IMG/VR virus record: IMGVR_UViG_3300037189_026207
Span: 1 to 64,000 of that record
Length of the DNA stretch: 64,000 bases
DNA from: a virus
Strand: one strand, 5' to 3'
Shown here: positions 19,819 through 29,481 of the stretch, in pieces
Numbering within the stretch: position 1 is the first letter of the stretch
How the letters are laid out: each line of letters begins with the position of its first letter
The notes under the pieces: model-generated
Told to the model about the DNA's origin: nothing
Seen by the model: the letters and a program-made list of their open reading frames with translations, nothing else
Databases searched by the model: none
Translations under genes and position numbers: made by a program

Positions 19819-20598
19819 ATGTCCGTCTCGACAGGTACGTCTGCAGAGAATTTTTGGGACGACGGCCTTGAAGAAGAAGCAGAGTGCGAAAAGTTTCTGC
19901 AAGAGCAGAAAACAAAAGTTATTGAATACGAAGAAGAAGAGACCAGCGCAGAACTCGCTGGTGACGACGAAGACGAAGACGAAGAGTACGAAGAAGACGA
20001 AGAAGAAGAAGATGTCGATGATGATATTGAGGACGCTGCGGACGTAGAAGAAGAAGAAGACGACGACGTTGAGTTGCCGGAAACGGACCACGCCGCAGAA
20101 GAAGAGGATAGTGAAACGGAAAATGATCCGGTTGCTGACGCCGAAGATGCAGATGCAACCAAATCTGTGAAAGGAAAGAAGATGGCTAAGCCGAAGACAC
20201 GGACTGGCGGTAAGACGAAGGCCGAAGCGATTCGCGAAGTAATTGACCGGCGCAAGCGAGCCGGCGAGTCGCTGCGTCCGCGAGATATTATTGAAGAGCT
20301 GACCGATAACGGGTTTGCTGTTAATGCGTCGCAGGTTAGCGTCACGTTGCGCAGCATGGGCGTGCCTCCGGCGCCGAAGGGTCGGATCAAAGGCACCAAG
20401 ATTAAGCCCGCGACTCCTGGCGCTGAGCCCAAGAGTCGTATGGCGCTGAAGACGGGCGTTGGCGAAAAGCCAGCGCACAACGGCAAGCCGGCCGACGCGG
20501 CTAACATGGTAGACATGGCCGTTGAGTTTCTAAAGGCCGCAGGCGGTCACGACAAGGCCGTCGAACTGCTCGACTCGATTGCGCGCTTTGCTCGCTGA
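19819..20598 (+). CDS. Protein with acidic N-terminus and basic DNA-binding-like C-terminus
   Basis: AAGGAG RBS; D/E tract then TKAEAIR...PRDIIEEL...G..V..SQVS. Confidence 0.7.
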   Translation: MSVSTGTSAENFWDDGLEEEAECEKFLQEQKTKVIEYEEEETSAELAGDDEDEDEEYEEDEEEEDVDDDIEDAADVEEEEDDDVELPETDHAAEEEDSETENDPVADAEDADATKSVKGKKMAKPKTRTGGKTKAEAIREVIDRRKRAGESLRPRDIIEELTDNGFAVNASQVSVTLRSMGVPPAPKGRIKGTKIKPATPGAEPKSRMALKTGVGEKPAHNGKPADAANMVDMAVEFLKAAGGHDKAVELLDSIARFAR

Positions 20599-20626
20599 TC
20601 GATAGTCGAGTTTCGTGGATTGCGCT

Positions 20627-20671
20627 ACCCGGCGCGGGCTTGGTCGAAAGGCTGGCCCGCGCCGGGTTTTT
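20627..20671 (+). terminator. Intrinsic terminator with GAAA loop
   Basis: acccggcgcgggc...gcccgcgccgggt then T run. Confidence 0.85.
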
Positions 20672-20844
20672 GCGTTTGTAGCCGAAAAATCGCGGTGGCT
20701 TGACGCGGCGACAGAAATTCGGCATCACAGAAGAAACGGGCCAAGCTGACTGGTGGCCTAACCAATCAATGTCCGCGCGATGAGCGCGCCACAAATTTAA
20801 TACAAATCATCGGTTTAAACTTTTTCTACAAACAGAAAGCTGTT

Positions 20845-22392
20845 ATGTACCTTTACTTGTTGAAGCACTCGGCCGGCGATGGTTATACGGTTGTTGGTCT
20901 GGCGCCCTCTAGCCGCGGCCGGGCCCCAAAGAATCATCACGCGCATGAATTTACTACTAAGTCCGGCGTGGAATTTAGTGGTTATTTTGCCGGAGTATCG
21001 AAGGATACGATTGATGCGGCAAGCAGCTGCGCTGAAATGAAGCAAGCGGTTGTCGACGGGGCCGGCACGCCAATCGCTCCTGACCCGGAGCAAATGACGA
21101 TTGCCTGGGCGGCTGGAATGCACAGTGTTTTTAAGGCCATTATTCCGACTGCGCCGCCGACAATGCAGCGCCAAATGGAGAGTGTGGTCGCGGCGCTAGA
21201 CAAGATCTTCGACCCGAGTCGGTCTGGCGACACGGTTACCGAAGAAGAGCGTAATGAAATTGAAGAAATTATCGCGAATAATAAGAAGTTGTGCAACGTC
21301 GCGCTGGGCACGCTAGGCGCCAGCTGGACGAGCAAGAACGGGCTGACGTTCGATGCCGTCGAGCGGGTGGCTAAGAAGCGCGGAGCGACCAGTAAGGACG
21401 AAGGCAGCAGCCCAGCGCCCGCAAATGAGCCCAAGGCTAGCGCCTTCGGGTTTGAGCGGCTGAGCGGCGAAAAGCCTGAATTGAAGATTGTTGATCCGGC
21501 CGCGGAGCCGCAAACGACTGAGGCCAGCGGCGTGTTTATGCCAAAACCGGATTCGACTTATATCATCAATGAAAATACCGAAAATCTGTTTAAGATCTTA
21601 AATGTATCGCGACGGCACGGGCCACAAAATGTTAATTTGGTCGGGCCGCACGGTTGCGGCAAGACCGAATTGGCTATTCAATTTTCGGCCGCGGCAGAAT
21701 CGCCGATGCTGATTATGGACTGCGCAAATTTGCGTGAGGCGCGTGACTGGTTCGGCTACAAGACGGCTCGTGAGGGCACAGTTTACTGGCACGAATCGCA
21801 ATTTGTTCGTGCGGTCGAGGCTGGCGGTCACGTAATTCTGCTTGACGAGCTAAATCGCGCAAATCCTCATATTCTCAATACGCTAATGCCGCTGCTGGAC
21901 GGCCGCCGGTTTACGTATCTCGAGGAGAAGGGCGATAAAATTTGTGTCGGGCCGGGTACGGTATTCTTCGCCACGATGAACGAGGGCGCCGGATACACAG
22001 GCACGACCACTATTGACCGAGCTCTCCGCGACCGCTTCCCCCGGCGCTTGGAGCTCACGTATCTCTCCGAAAAGGACGAGATCAAGCTGCTGGTCAATCG
22101 AATTGGAATTGAAAAGGATATTGCGACGCTGCTGGTGCAGATGGCCAACAAGATTCGCCAGGATTCCAGCGGATTGTCTGCGTCGCTAACTGAAAGTGTC
22201 TCTACTCGACAGCTGCTGGCTGCCGCGTACGACTTTGTGATCGGTGGCGTGGAGACGCTACAGTTTACGATCAGCAATCACTTCTCACCCGACGGCGACG
22301 ACGATTCGGAGCGCGTCAAGGTGCAGAATATTATTCAGGGCAAGTTTGGTCATTTACTGGCCGCGAAGGCGGACAAGAAGAAGGGAGCATAA
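20845..22392 (+). CDS. MoxR/CbbQ/CobS-like AAA+ ATPase
   Basis: GPHGCGKT, ILLDELNRA, ATMN.G.GY.GT..IDRAL.DRF. Confidence 0.9.
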   Translation: MYLYLLKHSAGDGYTVVGLAPSSRGRAPKNHHAHEFTTKSGVEFSGYFAGVSKDTIDAASSCAEMKQAVVDGAGTPIAPDPEQMTIAWAAGMHSVFKAIIPTAPPTMQRQMESVVAALDKIFDPSRSGDTVTEEERNEIEEIIANNKKLCNVALGTLGASWTSKNGLTFDAVERVAKKRGATSKDEGSSPAPANEPKASAFGFERLSGEKPELKIVDPAAEPQTTEASGVFMPKPDSTYIINENTENLFKILNVSRRHGPQNVNLVGPHGCGKTELAIQFSAAAESPMLIMDCANLREARDWFGYKTAREGTVYWHESQFVRAVEAGGHVILLDELNRANPHILNTLMPLLDGRRFTYLEEKGDKICVGPGTVFFATMNEGAGYTGTTTIDRALRDRFPRRLELTYLSEKDEIKLLVNRIGIEKDIATLLVQMANKIRQDSSGLSASLTESVSTRQLLAAAYDFVIGGVETLQFTISNHFSPDGDDDSERVKVQNIIQGKFGHLLAAKADKKKGA

Positions 22393-22395
22393 CTT

Positions 22396-25300
22396 ATGGG
22401 TTGGGCTTGGAGATCATCTGAGTCGTACGGCGACAAGGACGAGCCTGCTGAAAAGCCCGAAACTGATAGCCCCGGCGCTAAGGAGCCCGAGGCATCGGGG
22501 TCGGAAAAGAAAAAGAGTTGGTGGGATCAATTCCACGATAATTCGACAGAAGACGATTATTCTTCTGACTGGCGCGGATATCAGGGACCGGCATCAGACG
22601 CCGAACGCTATTCATACGGCGGCGCAATCGATGATTCTGATTCTCAGTGGTACCGTAAAAGCAGCTTTAAATACAGTAAGTACAAAGACTACTCTCCGAG
22701 CAGTCTGTTTCGCAGCGCATTCTATTCGCCGCGGCTGTCTTACGGCGGTCTTTCGTCGGGTGAGAATGAAGCTAAAAATAAAGCAATTCGGGCACTGCGT
22801 ACGCTTAGTCGTAATGCCAACACGATTTGCGATAAAAACGCAAAAATTTCTTATGCCGTGCAATACAGCACCGGCGTTGACGCAAACACCTTTTCTGAAA
22901 ATTTAATTGACGGAAAGGCTGTTAAGACAATTTATGTGTCTCCGGACAGCGTAGTTAACGCAGAAACTACGGAAGACGAAGACGCAGCGGTTGACGCGTT
23001 GACCGGTTTCGTTTTGCTCCGCGTTCAAATTGCGCAAGATTTTAATGCTCGCGTGATTAACGAGGTAAACGCGACTGCGCTGCGGTCATTGCCGACTAAA
23101 TTGCTTAACGTAATTAAAGATGAAAATGCGACTGCCGGGCCACTGGCGGCAACCTATGTAGACGAGTGCCTTTCCGGCATGTTGTCGAAGGGCCTGCTGA
23201 CGCGACTTGCCCGGCGGCATGTCGTGAAGGACTGGGGCGGCTTTGCGCCGTACTTTGTCCGACACGCTAAGAAATTTACGGGAGTACGAGAAAAGCTGGA
23301 AGCGACAGAACTGTCCGTCGAAGGCTTGGTCGGCAAACTCACCTACAATTTGGTCGACGACGAGAATCCGTTTGATCTTGGCGAAGAAGTCGAGCGTATT
23401 GTTGCGGAGCACCTCGGTGAAGAGGTTGCGCCGGAGAATATTCTCATGACGTGTTTTACGCTCGTACTCAAATTGCGCGATTATGTCCGGCGCAAGCTGG
23501 CAGAAACCGCGGAGAGCCGGACGGAGGCCGGACCAATTGAAAATGAACTGCGCGATATGCTGGAAGAGTTTATCGAGCAGCACGGCAAAAGCGCAGCGGC
23601 GAAAAAGGCCGAAAGCGACGCCGCAAAAAATATGTTAACTGCGTTAGCCGAGCTTATGGGCGAACAGTTTCTGCACCAACAGCAGCAACGCGAAAGTACC
23701 GCCCCAGTCGACGTCCATTCTAGTTATCCTCAAATTCAAAATGAGCTGGTCGCTCTGTCGCATATGGAGCAGCTGTTAAATGCGTTAAAGGATATGGATA
23801 AAACGCTTAAAAGTCACGCAGAGCTGCTGCATAACGCGAAAGACAATCCGAGTGATTTAGCGTTTCACGCGGCAAGGGCGTCATATGAGCAAACAAATAT
23901 TGTAGCTAAGTTTACGCACTTTAATATTGCGCGTAATGAATTCAAGCGGCGTGGGGCTGAAAATAATTTTGACCCACAAAAATACTGCACGGCAGATACG
24001 GCTAAAGTTACAGAAAAAATTGCGGAAGAAACCGCCGCGCTTGAAAAGCTAATCGAAGAGTACCAGCAGACGCTGAAAGACTCGATGGGGGCGCTCAAAG
24101 AGCAAATTGCCGGCCTGGCAAAAACTCAGGCCGAAAAAATGGCGGCGGCAAAAAGCGCGGCAGAAGAATTTGTAAAAACAGCAACTGAAGCCGGACATGA
24201 AATTCAAAAAATGCATGAAGAGTCCGGCAAAATTTCGTCGCTTGGCCAGATTGTACGCGAAACAAACAATCTAGTAGCTCGCATTAAAAATAGATACGAA
24301 GACACCGCGGAGCATATCAATCGCGGCATCGAGTTGATCGAGAATTGTCGTACCATCAAAACATTGAAAACCCAGCATGACAAATTATTAAGCAATGCGG
24401 ATCTTAGCTTTACAGCTGATTTGCGCTCGGATTGGCAGTACAATTGCTCGACTACGGCGATGTCGCATTTTGCGCAAACAGGCGTAGCAGCGCTGGATAA
24501 TTTGAATTACGAAGCCCGCGAGAAGGGCAATCTAGACGACTTGCCAAAACAAGTGCGAGAAAGTCGGTGGCACGAGAGCGCTATCAGAAAATTCTTGTCG
24601 CAACTCAATAGTCCCGACGCCGGTTTTGAGGCGCAGGCGCTGGCACAAACTTATGCCGAAGCGTTTGAGCAACTTGAAAAGATCTGTGAAAATAATGGCG
24701 GAAAATCTGTGCCCAGAAATTTTGACGACATTGAAAATGAAGACCTGAAGAAAAAATTAGAAACACTGGCCAATAGTTTGGGCTTTAGTGATGAGCAGTC
24801 AATGCTCGATGTATTTAACGACGCTGAAGAGCTCCCAGAGTCTACGATGGCCGAAGCCGGCAAAGAAATTGGGCAAAAGATTTGCAAAATTTTACCGCTC
24901 TTTGACGAGCTAAACTCGACTGACAACGAGTTGTTTGGCGAAGTGGTCGGCGTGAAGACTAATGTGCTTGCTGACTCGACGAAGCAGGTAAATGATGAGG
25001 CCCGTAATGATCCGGAAGAGGATTACGTGGCGTACCTCAGTCATTCCGAAGCTAAGCCGGTTGTACACATTTCGCGGCCAAAAATTAATGTGTATGCAAA
25101 AAGAGAAGCGGACGCGTCGAAAAAGCGGATGCGCAATGTGATTACCCGAATCCACGAAGCTTTGCAGTTTCACAACACAAAGCGGACGGGCGATATCTAC
25201 GGCGCAAGCTCCGGCGATCTCGATGAGGGCGGCCTACACAAATTGAGCTACGACTGCGAACATATTTGGACACAAAAGACGATCGCGCAGATTCCGGACG

Positions 25301-25911
25301 TGGCAGTCGGAATTCTCGTGGACCAGTCTGGCAGTATGAGCGGTGGCAAAAAGATATTTGAAGCGCGCGAAATGTGCATTGCGTTGGCTGAGGCAATCAA
25401 AAAGATTCCCGGCATTCATTTGCATATTTACGGCCACACTGCAAATACTAAAAATATGTCCGACCTGACATTGTTCGAGCACTATAGTTCTATGTCAGAT
25501 ACGGGAGTCGCAGCTGCAAATCTGGGAAGCCTGGGCGGCATCGATGCGATTTCGAATAATTACGATGGTTATGCGATCAAGGAAACGGCCAAGCTGCTTT
25601 CACGAGATCCGGCCAAGCGAAAATATCTATTTGTAATTGCTGACGGGCTTCCGCACGGCGAAGGCTATTGCGGGCCAGAAGCAGAAAAGCACGTAACCAG
25701 CGTTTGTAAGTTTGTACGAGAGCGCTTAAAAATCGCGACGTATGCGTTTGCAGTGGGTGTGACTGGATCACACCAAGCCAAGTTTGTGTCACAGTACGGT
25801 AGGGATAACGTAATGTTCCTCACCAATGTGACCGCTTGTCTTCCGCAAATTACTCGATTTTTGCGGAACACTATTCAAAAAGAAAAGACGCTCGTCGAGA
25901 TTGGATCTTAA
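22396..25911 (+). CDS. CobT-like vWA-domain protein with long coiled-coil insert
   Basis: SGDLD..L, ILVDQSGSM (MIDAS), NYDGYAI, VIADGLP. Confidence 0.85.
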   Translation: MGWAWRSSESYGDKDEPAEKPETDSPGAKEPEASGSEKKKSWWDQFHDNSTEDDYSSDWRGYQGPASDAERYSYGGAIDDSDSQWYRKSSFKYSKYKDYSPSSLFRSAFYSPRLSYGGLSSGENEAKNKAIRALRTLSRNANTICDKNAKISYAVQYSTGVDANTFSENLIDGKAVKTIYVSPDSVVNAETTEDEDAAVDALTGFVLLRVQIAQDFNARVINEVNATALRSLPTKLLNVIKDENATAGPLAATYVDECLSGMLSKGLLTRLARRHVVKDWGGFAPYFVRHAKKFTGVREKLEATELSVEGLVGKLTYNLVDDENPFDLGEEVERIVAEHLGEEVAPENILMTCFTLVLKLRDYVRRKLAETAESRTEAGPIENELRDMLEEFIEQHGKSAAAKKAESDAAKNMLTALAELMGEQFLHQQQQRESTAPVDVHSSYPQIQNELVALSHMEQLLNALKDMDKTLKSHAELLHNAKDNPSDLAFHAARASYEQTNIVAKFTHFNIARNEFKRRGAENNFDPQKYCTADTAKVTEKIAEETAALEKLIEEYQQTLKDSMGALKEQIAGLAKTQAEKMAAAKSAAEEFVKTATEAGHEIQKMHEESGKISSLGQIVRETNNLVARIKNRYEDTAEHINRGIELIENCRTIKTLKTQHDKLLSNADLSFTADLRSDWQYNCSTTAMSHFAQTGVAALDNLNYEAREKGNLDDLPKQVRESRWHESAIRKFLSQLNSPDAGFEAQALAQTYAEAFEQLEKICENNGGKSVPRNFDDIENEDLKKKLETLANSLGFSDEQSMLDVFNDAEELPESTMAEAGKEIGQKICKILPLFDELNSTDNELFGEVVGVKTNVLADSTKQVNDEARNDPEEDYVAYLSHSEAKPVVHISRPKINVYAKREADASKKRMRNVITRIHEALQFHNTKRTGDIYGASSGDLDEGGLHKLSYDCEHIWTQKTIAQIPDVAVGILVDQSGSMSGGKKIFEAREMCIALAEAIKKIPGIHLHIYGHTANTKNMSDLTLFEHYSSMSDTGVAAANLGSLGGIDAISNNYDGYAIKETAKLLSRDPAKRKYLFVIADGLPHGEGYCGPEAEKHVTSVCKFVRERLKIATYAFAVGVTGSHQAKFVSQYGRDNVMFLTNVTACLPQITRFLRNTIQKEKTLVEIGS

Positions 25912-25986
25912 TTGTGGCGGGGCGGGCCGGGTAAAACCAGCCCGCTCCGCACCAGTTTACAAGCACTCTAGTTCAAGGAGAACGCG

Positions 25987-26394
25987 ATGGGTTGGTGGCG
26001 AATTTCAGGGCCAAGTGGGCATATTAATTGGTCTGCCGGGTACAACGGCGAAAATGCTACGTTGTTCAACTGCATCCCGGGGCGCGACGACCCAATGCAG
26101 ATGTATAGCGGAGATGAACCCGCAGACATTCTAGATGCGGCAGTTAAGCAAATTGAGGCAGAGCTGCATGACGATGCGTATCGCGCTGCCGTACGAGCGG
26201 TATTTCTTAGGCAGCCGGGAGCGCACAAAGAGCATGAAGAAATTCCGGCCGCTACAAAAGAAATGCTAAAGAATGCAAAAAAACAAATTGAAGATGTTTA
26301 TCAACGCGAATGGAATCGCGCACCTACGCCGGCAGAATTATCGGCAGTGTTTGAGTTTTGTACGAGTTTTCTCAAGTTTGACCGGTCTCAATAA
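25987..26394 (+). CDS. Hypothetical protein
   Basis: AAGGAG RBS. Confidence 0.65.
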   Translation: MGWWRISGPSGHINWSAGYNGENATLFNCIPGRDDPMQMYSGDEPADILDAAVKQIEAELHDDAYRAAVRAVFLRQPGAHKEHEEIPAATKEMLKNAKKQIEDVYQREWNRAPTPAELSAVFEFCTSFLKFDRSQ

Positions 26395-26409
26395 CTTCAA
26401 GGAGTTACC

Positions 26410-26703
26410 ATGAAGAAGTTTGTTTTTGCTTCCATTTTCGCCCTGTCGGCTTTTACCTGCTCGGCGGCAGAGACGAGTGTTGTAAATCACGGCGAGAACG
26501 CGCCTGCTGCTGTCACAGCTGTAGCAGACGCTGCTCCGGCGCCTGTAGCGGTTGAGGGAACTTGCTGCGAGACTAAGCATCATCGTCGCCACGGGGTCGT
26601 GCGGCGGGCTGCGCGTCGAACGGTTGGTGCCTGCCGCGCTGTCGGCCGGGCGGTCGTGAGGCCGTTCGGGCGGGTGTTCGGTAGCCGCAGCTGCTGCCGG
26701 TGA
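26410..26703 (+). CDS. Small secreted protein with signal peptide and Arg/Cys-rich tail
   Basis: MKKFVFASIFALSAFTCSA|AE; AAGGAG RBS. Confidence 0.7.
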   Translation: MKKFVFASIFALSAFTCSAAETSVVNHGENAPAAVTAVADAAPAPVAVEGTCCETKHHRRHGVVRRAARRTVGACRAVGRAVVRPFGRVFGSRSCCR

Positions 26704-26708
26704 ACTAA

Positions 26709-26963
26709 ATGGCGTATTTTAACATTAGAACGACAACAGCGGTCTATCGTGATTACGCCGTAGAGTGCCCCAACGAAGAGGAAGCAAAAAAGCTGGCCAA
26801 CGAGCTAGCCTACGCCGAATCTCCGAAAAGTGTACTCGAGATGTGCAAAGGAAATGCGTACACAGTTCGGAACGACGTGGACGTCACCGCCTGCGTTTCT
26901 CCGATGCCTGAGAATACCTGGACTGGTATTAACCTAGCTGACACTGTAGCGCATCCTGAGTAA
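26709..26963 (+). CDS. Hypothetical protein
   Basis: Y.VE...EEEA...A pattern. Confidence 0.55.
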   Translation: MAYFNIRTTTAVYRDYAVECPNEEEAKKLANELAYAESPKSVLEMCKGNAYTVRNDVDVTACVSPMPENTWTGINLADTVAHPE

Positions 26964-26974
26964 ATGACGGAAAC

Positions 26975-27010
26975 AAATGCCGCGGTATGGACCCGGCATT
27001 TTTACTTTTT
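26975..27010 (+). terminator. Intrinsic terminator
   Basis: aaatgccg...cggcattt then T-rich tail. Confidence 0.65.
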
Positions 27011-27025
27011 AGAAAGGGCAACTCA

Positions 27026-27580
27026 GTGGGAATAGACATCTATCTGTCTTGGCCAAAAATGACCAAGAAACAAAAAGAAGCGCAGCGCGTAGGATTTAGC
27101 GTGTACGACGGCAACACTGGATATTTACGCGAGGCTTACCATGGCGCGCCGTACCCAAGCAAGATTTTAGTGCGTGAAGCATTTGAATCTAAAACTAACA
27201 AGGCAAAAATTCCCGCTAGCTTGATGCGCGAACGGCTTACTCACGTGACAGAACCAGCCCGCGGCGTCGGCATCAACGCCGCGGTTATGAATGAGGTTAT
27301 TAAGAAGATCGCGGAAATGGTGGATAAAGAAAAGCCTGAAGGAGCGCTTGGCCGTTTTGGAGTTTTACACGTAGACCCCGGCACTTTTCCCCCAGAAAAA
27401 CTAGATAACGACGCCATGACAGTTGAGGAAGCTGTCATAAAGCGTTGTCAAATAAATTATCCAGAAATGCAGCCAGAAGAAGTCGCGAGAATGTTGCAAT
27501 CATACCGCGACTTCGTGGACCTGGCGGAACAGATGGAGAAAAAGACTGGAAAGCCCTGTACTGTTTACACGTCTTACTGA
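27026..27580 (+). CDS. Hypothetical protein (MGIDIY-type)
   Basis: GTG start after GAAAGGG. Confidence 0.65.
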   Translation: MGIDIYLSWPKMTKKQKEAQRVGFSVYDGNTGYLREAYHGAPYPSKILVREAFESKTNKAKIPASLMRERLTHVTEPARGVGINAAVMNEVIKKIAEMVDKEKPEGALGRFGVLHVDPGTFPPEKLDNDAMTVEEAVIKRCQINYPEMQPEEVARMLQSYRDFVDLAEQMEKKTGKPCTVYTSY

Positions 27581-27590
27581 GGACAAGAGC

Positions 27591-28031
27591 ATGCCAAGAG
27601 CAAAGAAGACAAAAGCCCAAGAAGAGTGGGAAATCATGATGGATAAGTTTGAAAAAGAAAAGCAAGAAAAGCGCCAAAAAGTTTTAAGTGAATTGAAGAT
27701 TATTAGCGCAGAATTGTACGCTAAGGGTGTCACTAAATTTTCAGTCGAGTACAGCGGAGAAGGCGACTCGGGCGACTTTGACTGTGACTTTTACGAGAAA
27801 AATGACGCGTTTGGCCCCAAAAACAAAAAAGACATTCCAGAAAATGTCAAGCAAAAATTGTTAGACATTGTCTGGGAATTTGTGCCAAGCGGTTTTGAAA
27901 ATAATGACGGCGGTTTCGGCGCAGTGCATATCGACTTTAAAAGCGACGCTATCGAACTGAGCCACAACGAGCGTGTTATTGAAGTACAAACCACCGAACA
28001 AAAGTTTGACTTTGACGGCAAAGAAATTTAG
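27591..28031 (+). CDS. DUF6878-family protein
   Basis: YSGEGDSG...GFENNDGGFG...HNER. Confidence 0.8.
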   Translation: MPRAKKTKAQEEWEIMMDKFEKEKQEKRQKVLSELKIISAELYAKGVTKFSVEYSGEGDSGDFDCDFYEKNDAFGPKNKKDIPENVKQKLLDIVWEFVPSGFENNDGGFGAVHIDFKSDAIELSHNERVIEVQTTEQKFDFDGKEI

Positions 28032-28060
28032 TAACCGAGCAGAAAGCAAAGGATGCTACC

Positions 28061-28405
28061 GTGAAGTTCAAGAAGGCAAAAAAGTTTGAGCAGGCTTTAG
28101 TGGCCGTGCTCGAGTTTGTCCGGGTTACGGCGCACACAAATCCAAAGGTAGTAGCCGAAGTGCTGCAAACAATGGGGCTAAAAGAAGAAAGTTTTGTACC
28201 ACATGTAAATAGGCTTGTCAGGCTCGCGCTTAAAACGACCGACGCGGTAGGCGACAGAATTGACGACGTACTGCGCGAACTTCGGCGGGAGTCGGAGCGG
28301 AGAGATGAGTTAATTGAAACGGCAAAAGAATTGTATAACGCAGCACACCCGGAGAGTGAAGATGGCGACGATATTCCTGACTGCTGCTCAGACGACGAAA
28401 ACTGA
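28061..28405 (+). CDS. Hypothetical protein
   Basis: AAGGA RBS. Confidence 0.6.
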   Translation: MKFKKAKKFEQALVAVLEFVRVTAHTNPKVVAEVLQTMGLKEESFVPHVNRLVRLALKTTDAVGDRIDDVLRELRRESERRDELIETAKELYNAAHPESEDGDDIPDCCSDDEN

Positions 28406-28410
28406 ATAAA

Positions 28411-28791
28411 ATGGCGCATCCATATCATCACGCCTTGTCCAGCGTCAAAAAATGGGGCGGCGACGTAGCCGACTACCTGCCGATTCACGACTGGTTCGAC
28501 GAGAGCAAGTCGTACATGGCAGACTTTCGTCACCGCGCGCTCCGCCATCACGCTGAAGGTATTTTTATGGCGGAGCACTTTTTTGGGAAGACTATTACAA
28601 ATTCCGCCGGGAGAGTAATTCCTGTGCGCTGGGTCGGTGAACAGCACGTGCAAGAAGATCTTGGGCGTATTCCAACCGTAGCTGATTGGATGACAAAAAT
28701 ACGCCCTGAAGATTGGATGATGGGTAGGGTTAAGAATCTAGAAAAAGAAATAGCGGCAGAAAAACCCGCCGAACTCCAGGAGGCAGTATGA
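28411..28791 (+). CDS. DUF6915-family protein
   Basis: MAHPYHHA.SS..KWGG...DY..IH.WFD.SK....D.RHRALRHH. Confidence 0.85.
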   Translation: MAHPYHHALSSVKKWGGDVADYLPIHDWFDESKSYMADFRHRALRHHAEGIFMAEHFFGKTITNSAGRVIPVRWVGEQHVQEDLGRIPTVADWMTKIRPEDWMMGRVKNLEKEIAAEKPAELQEAV

Positions 28792-29120
28792 GCTCTTTCA
28801 AAGTTTTCGATAAAGCTGCGCTACAGCTTGCTAATAAGATTGCAATTAAACGCGGATACAACAGGGCAATTGTTGAAGATTACATTGCCGGCAGACCGGA
28901 CAACTCGCATTGGGTCGTGACGTTCCATATGCTGCACGAGCACGCCGCCGGCAAACCAGTTGATCCGCACGTACGCTGCATGATACAGCAGTTATTTGTA
29001 GAAAATCCGCCGACACTGTTCGTGGATACGGATATGAGTCTGTTTGAACTGCTGCCCGAAATTAGCACCGAGAATGAGGAAGGTAAACCAGCAGAAAAGG
29101 AATCCGCAGTTAATGGATGA
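28788..29120 (+). CDS. Hypothetical protein
   Basis: AGGAGG RBS; ATGA overlap. Confidence 0.65.
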   Translation: MSSFKVFDKAALQLANKIAIKRGYNRAIVEDYIAGRPDNSHWVVTFHMLHEHAAGKPVDPHVRCMIQQLFVENPPTLFVDTDMSLFELLPEISTENEEGKPAEKESAVNG

Positions 29121-29481
29121 CACGCAAAACCAGACCGAGCAGGAAAATCAGCAAGAAAAAGAGCTAATTGAAAAAATTGATTACGTCAGAAACTGGATAG
29201 ATTTAGCGCCCGACTTTCCGATCATGGTGCAAGCGTTTATGGTCAAAGTAATGCTTGACCGCGGAGGCGTCCTTCTGGAGCCCGACGAAGCACAGCGCGT
29301 CGAGGGTTGGGTCGAGAATTTTTACAAGGATCTAAGCACGTTAATGGGTGTGCTGGAAGGCCACATCACCGTGGATTTTCCAGCCGGCCAAATGACGCCA
29401 CACGTGACGCTTACCGAGCAGGGTAACGAGTGGGTTAAGGCACAAATGCCTATGCCCCGCTCACAACCAGAAAGTGAATAA
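29113..29481 (+). CDS. Hypothetical protein
   Basis: Overlapping operon gene. Confidence 0.6.
   Translation: MDDTQNQTEQENQQEKELIEKIDYVRNWIDLAPDFPIMVQAFMVKVMLDRGGVLLEPDEAQRVEGWVENFYKDLSTLMGVLEGHITVDFPAGQMTPHVTLTEQGNEWVKAQMPMPRSQPESE

Noticed and set aside
19770-20516. Long minus ORFs
   Set aside because: Antisense shadows of the D/E-rich gene, which has a promoter, RBS and terminator
20845-25911. Cobalamin biosynthesis (cobS/cobT)
   Set aside because: No cobN or other cob genes; a generic MoxR-vWA pair is more likely
27976-28653. 225-aa minus ORF
   Set aside because: Overlaps well-supported + genes including DUF6915
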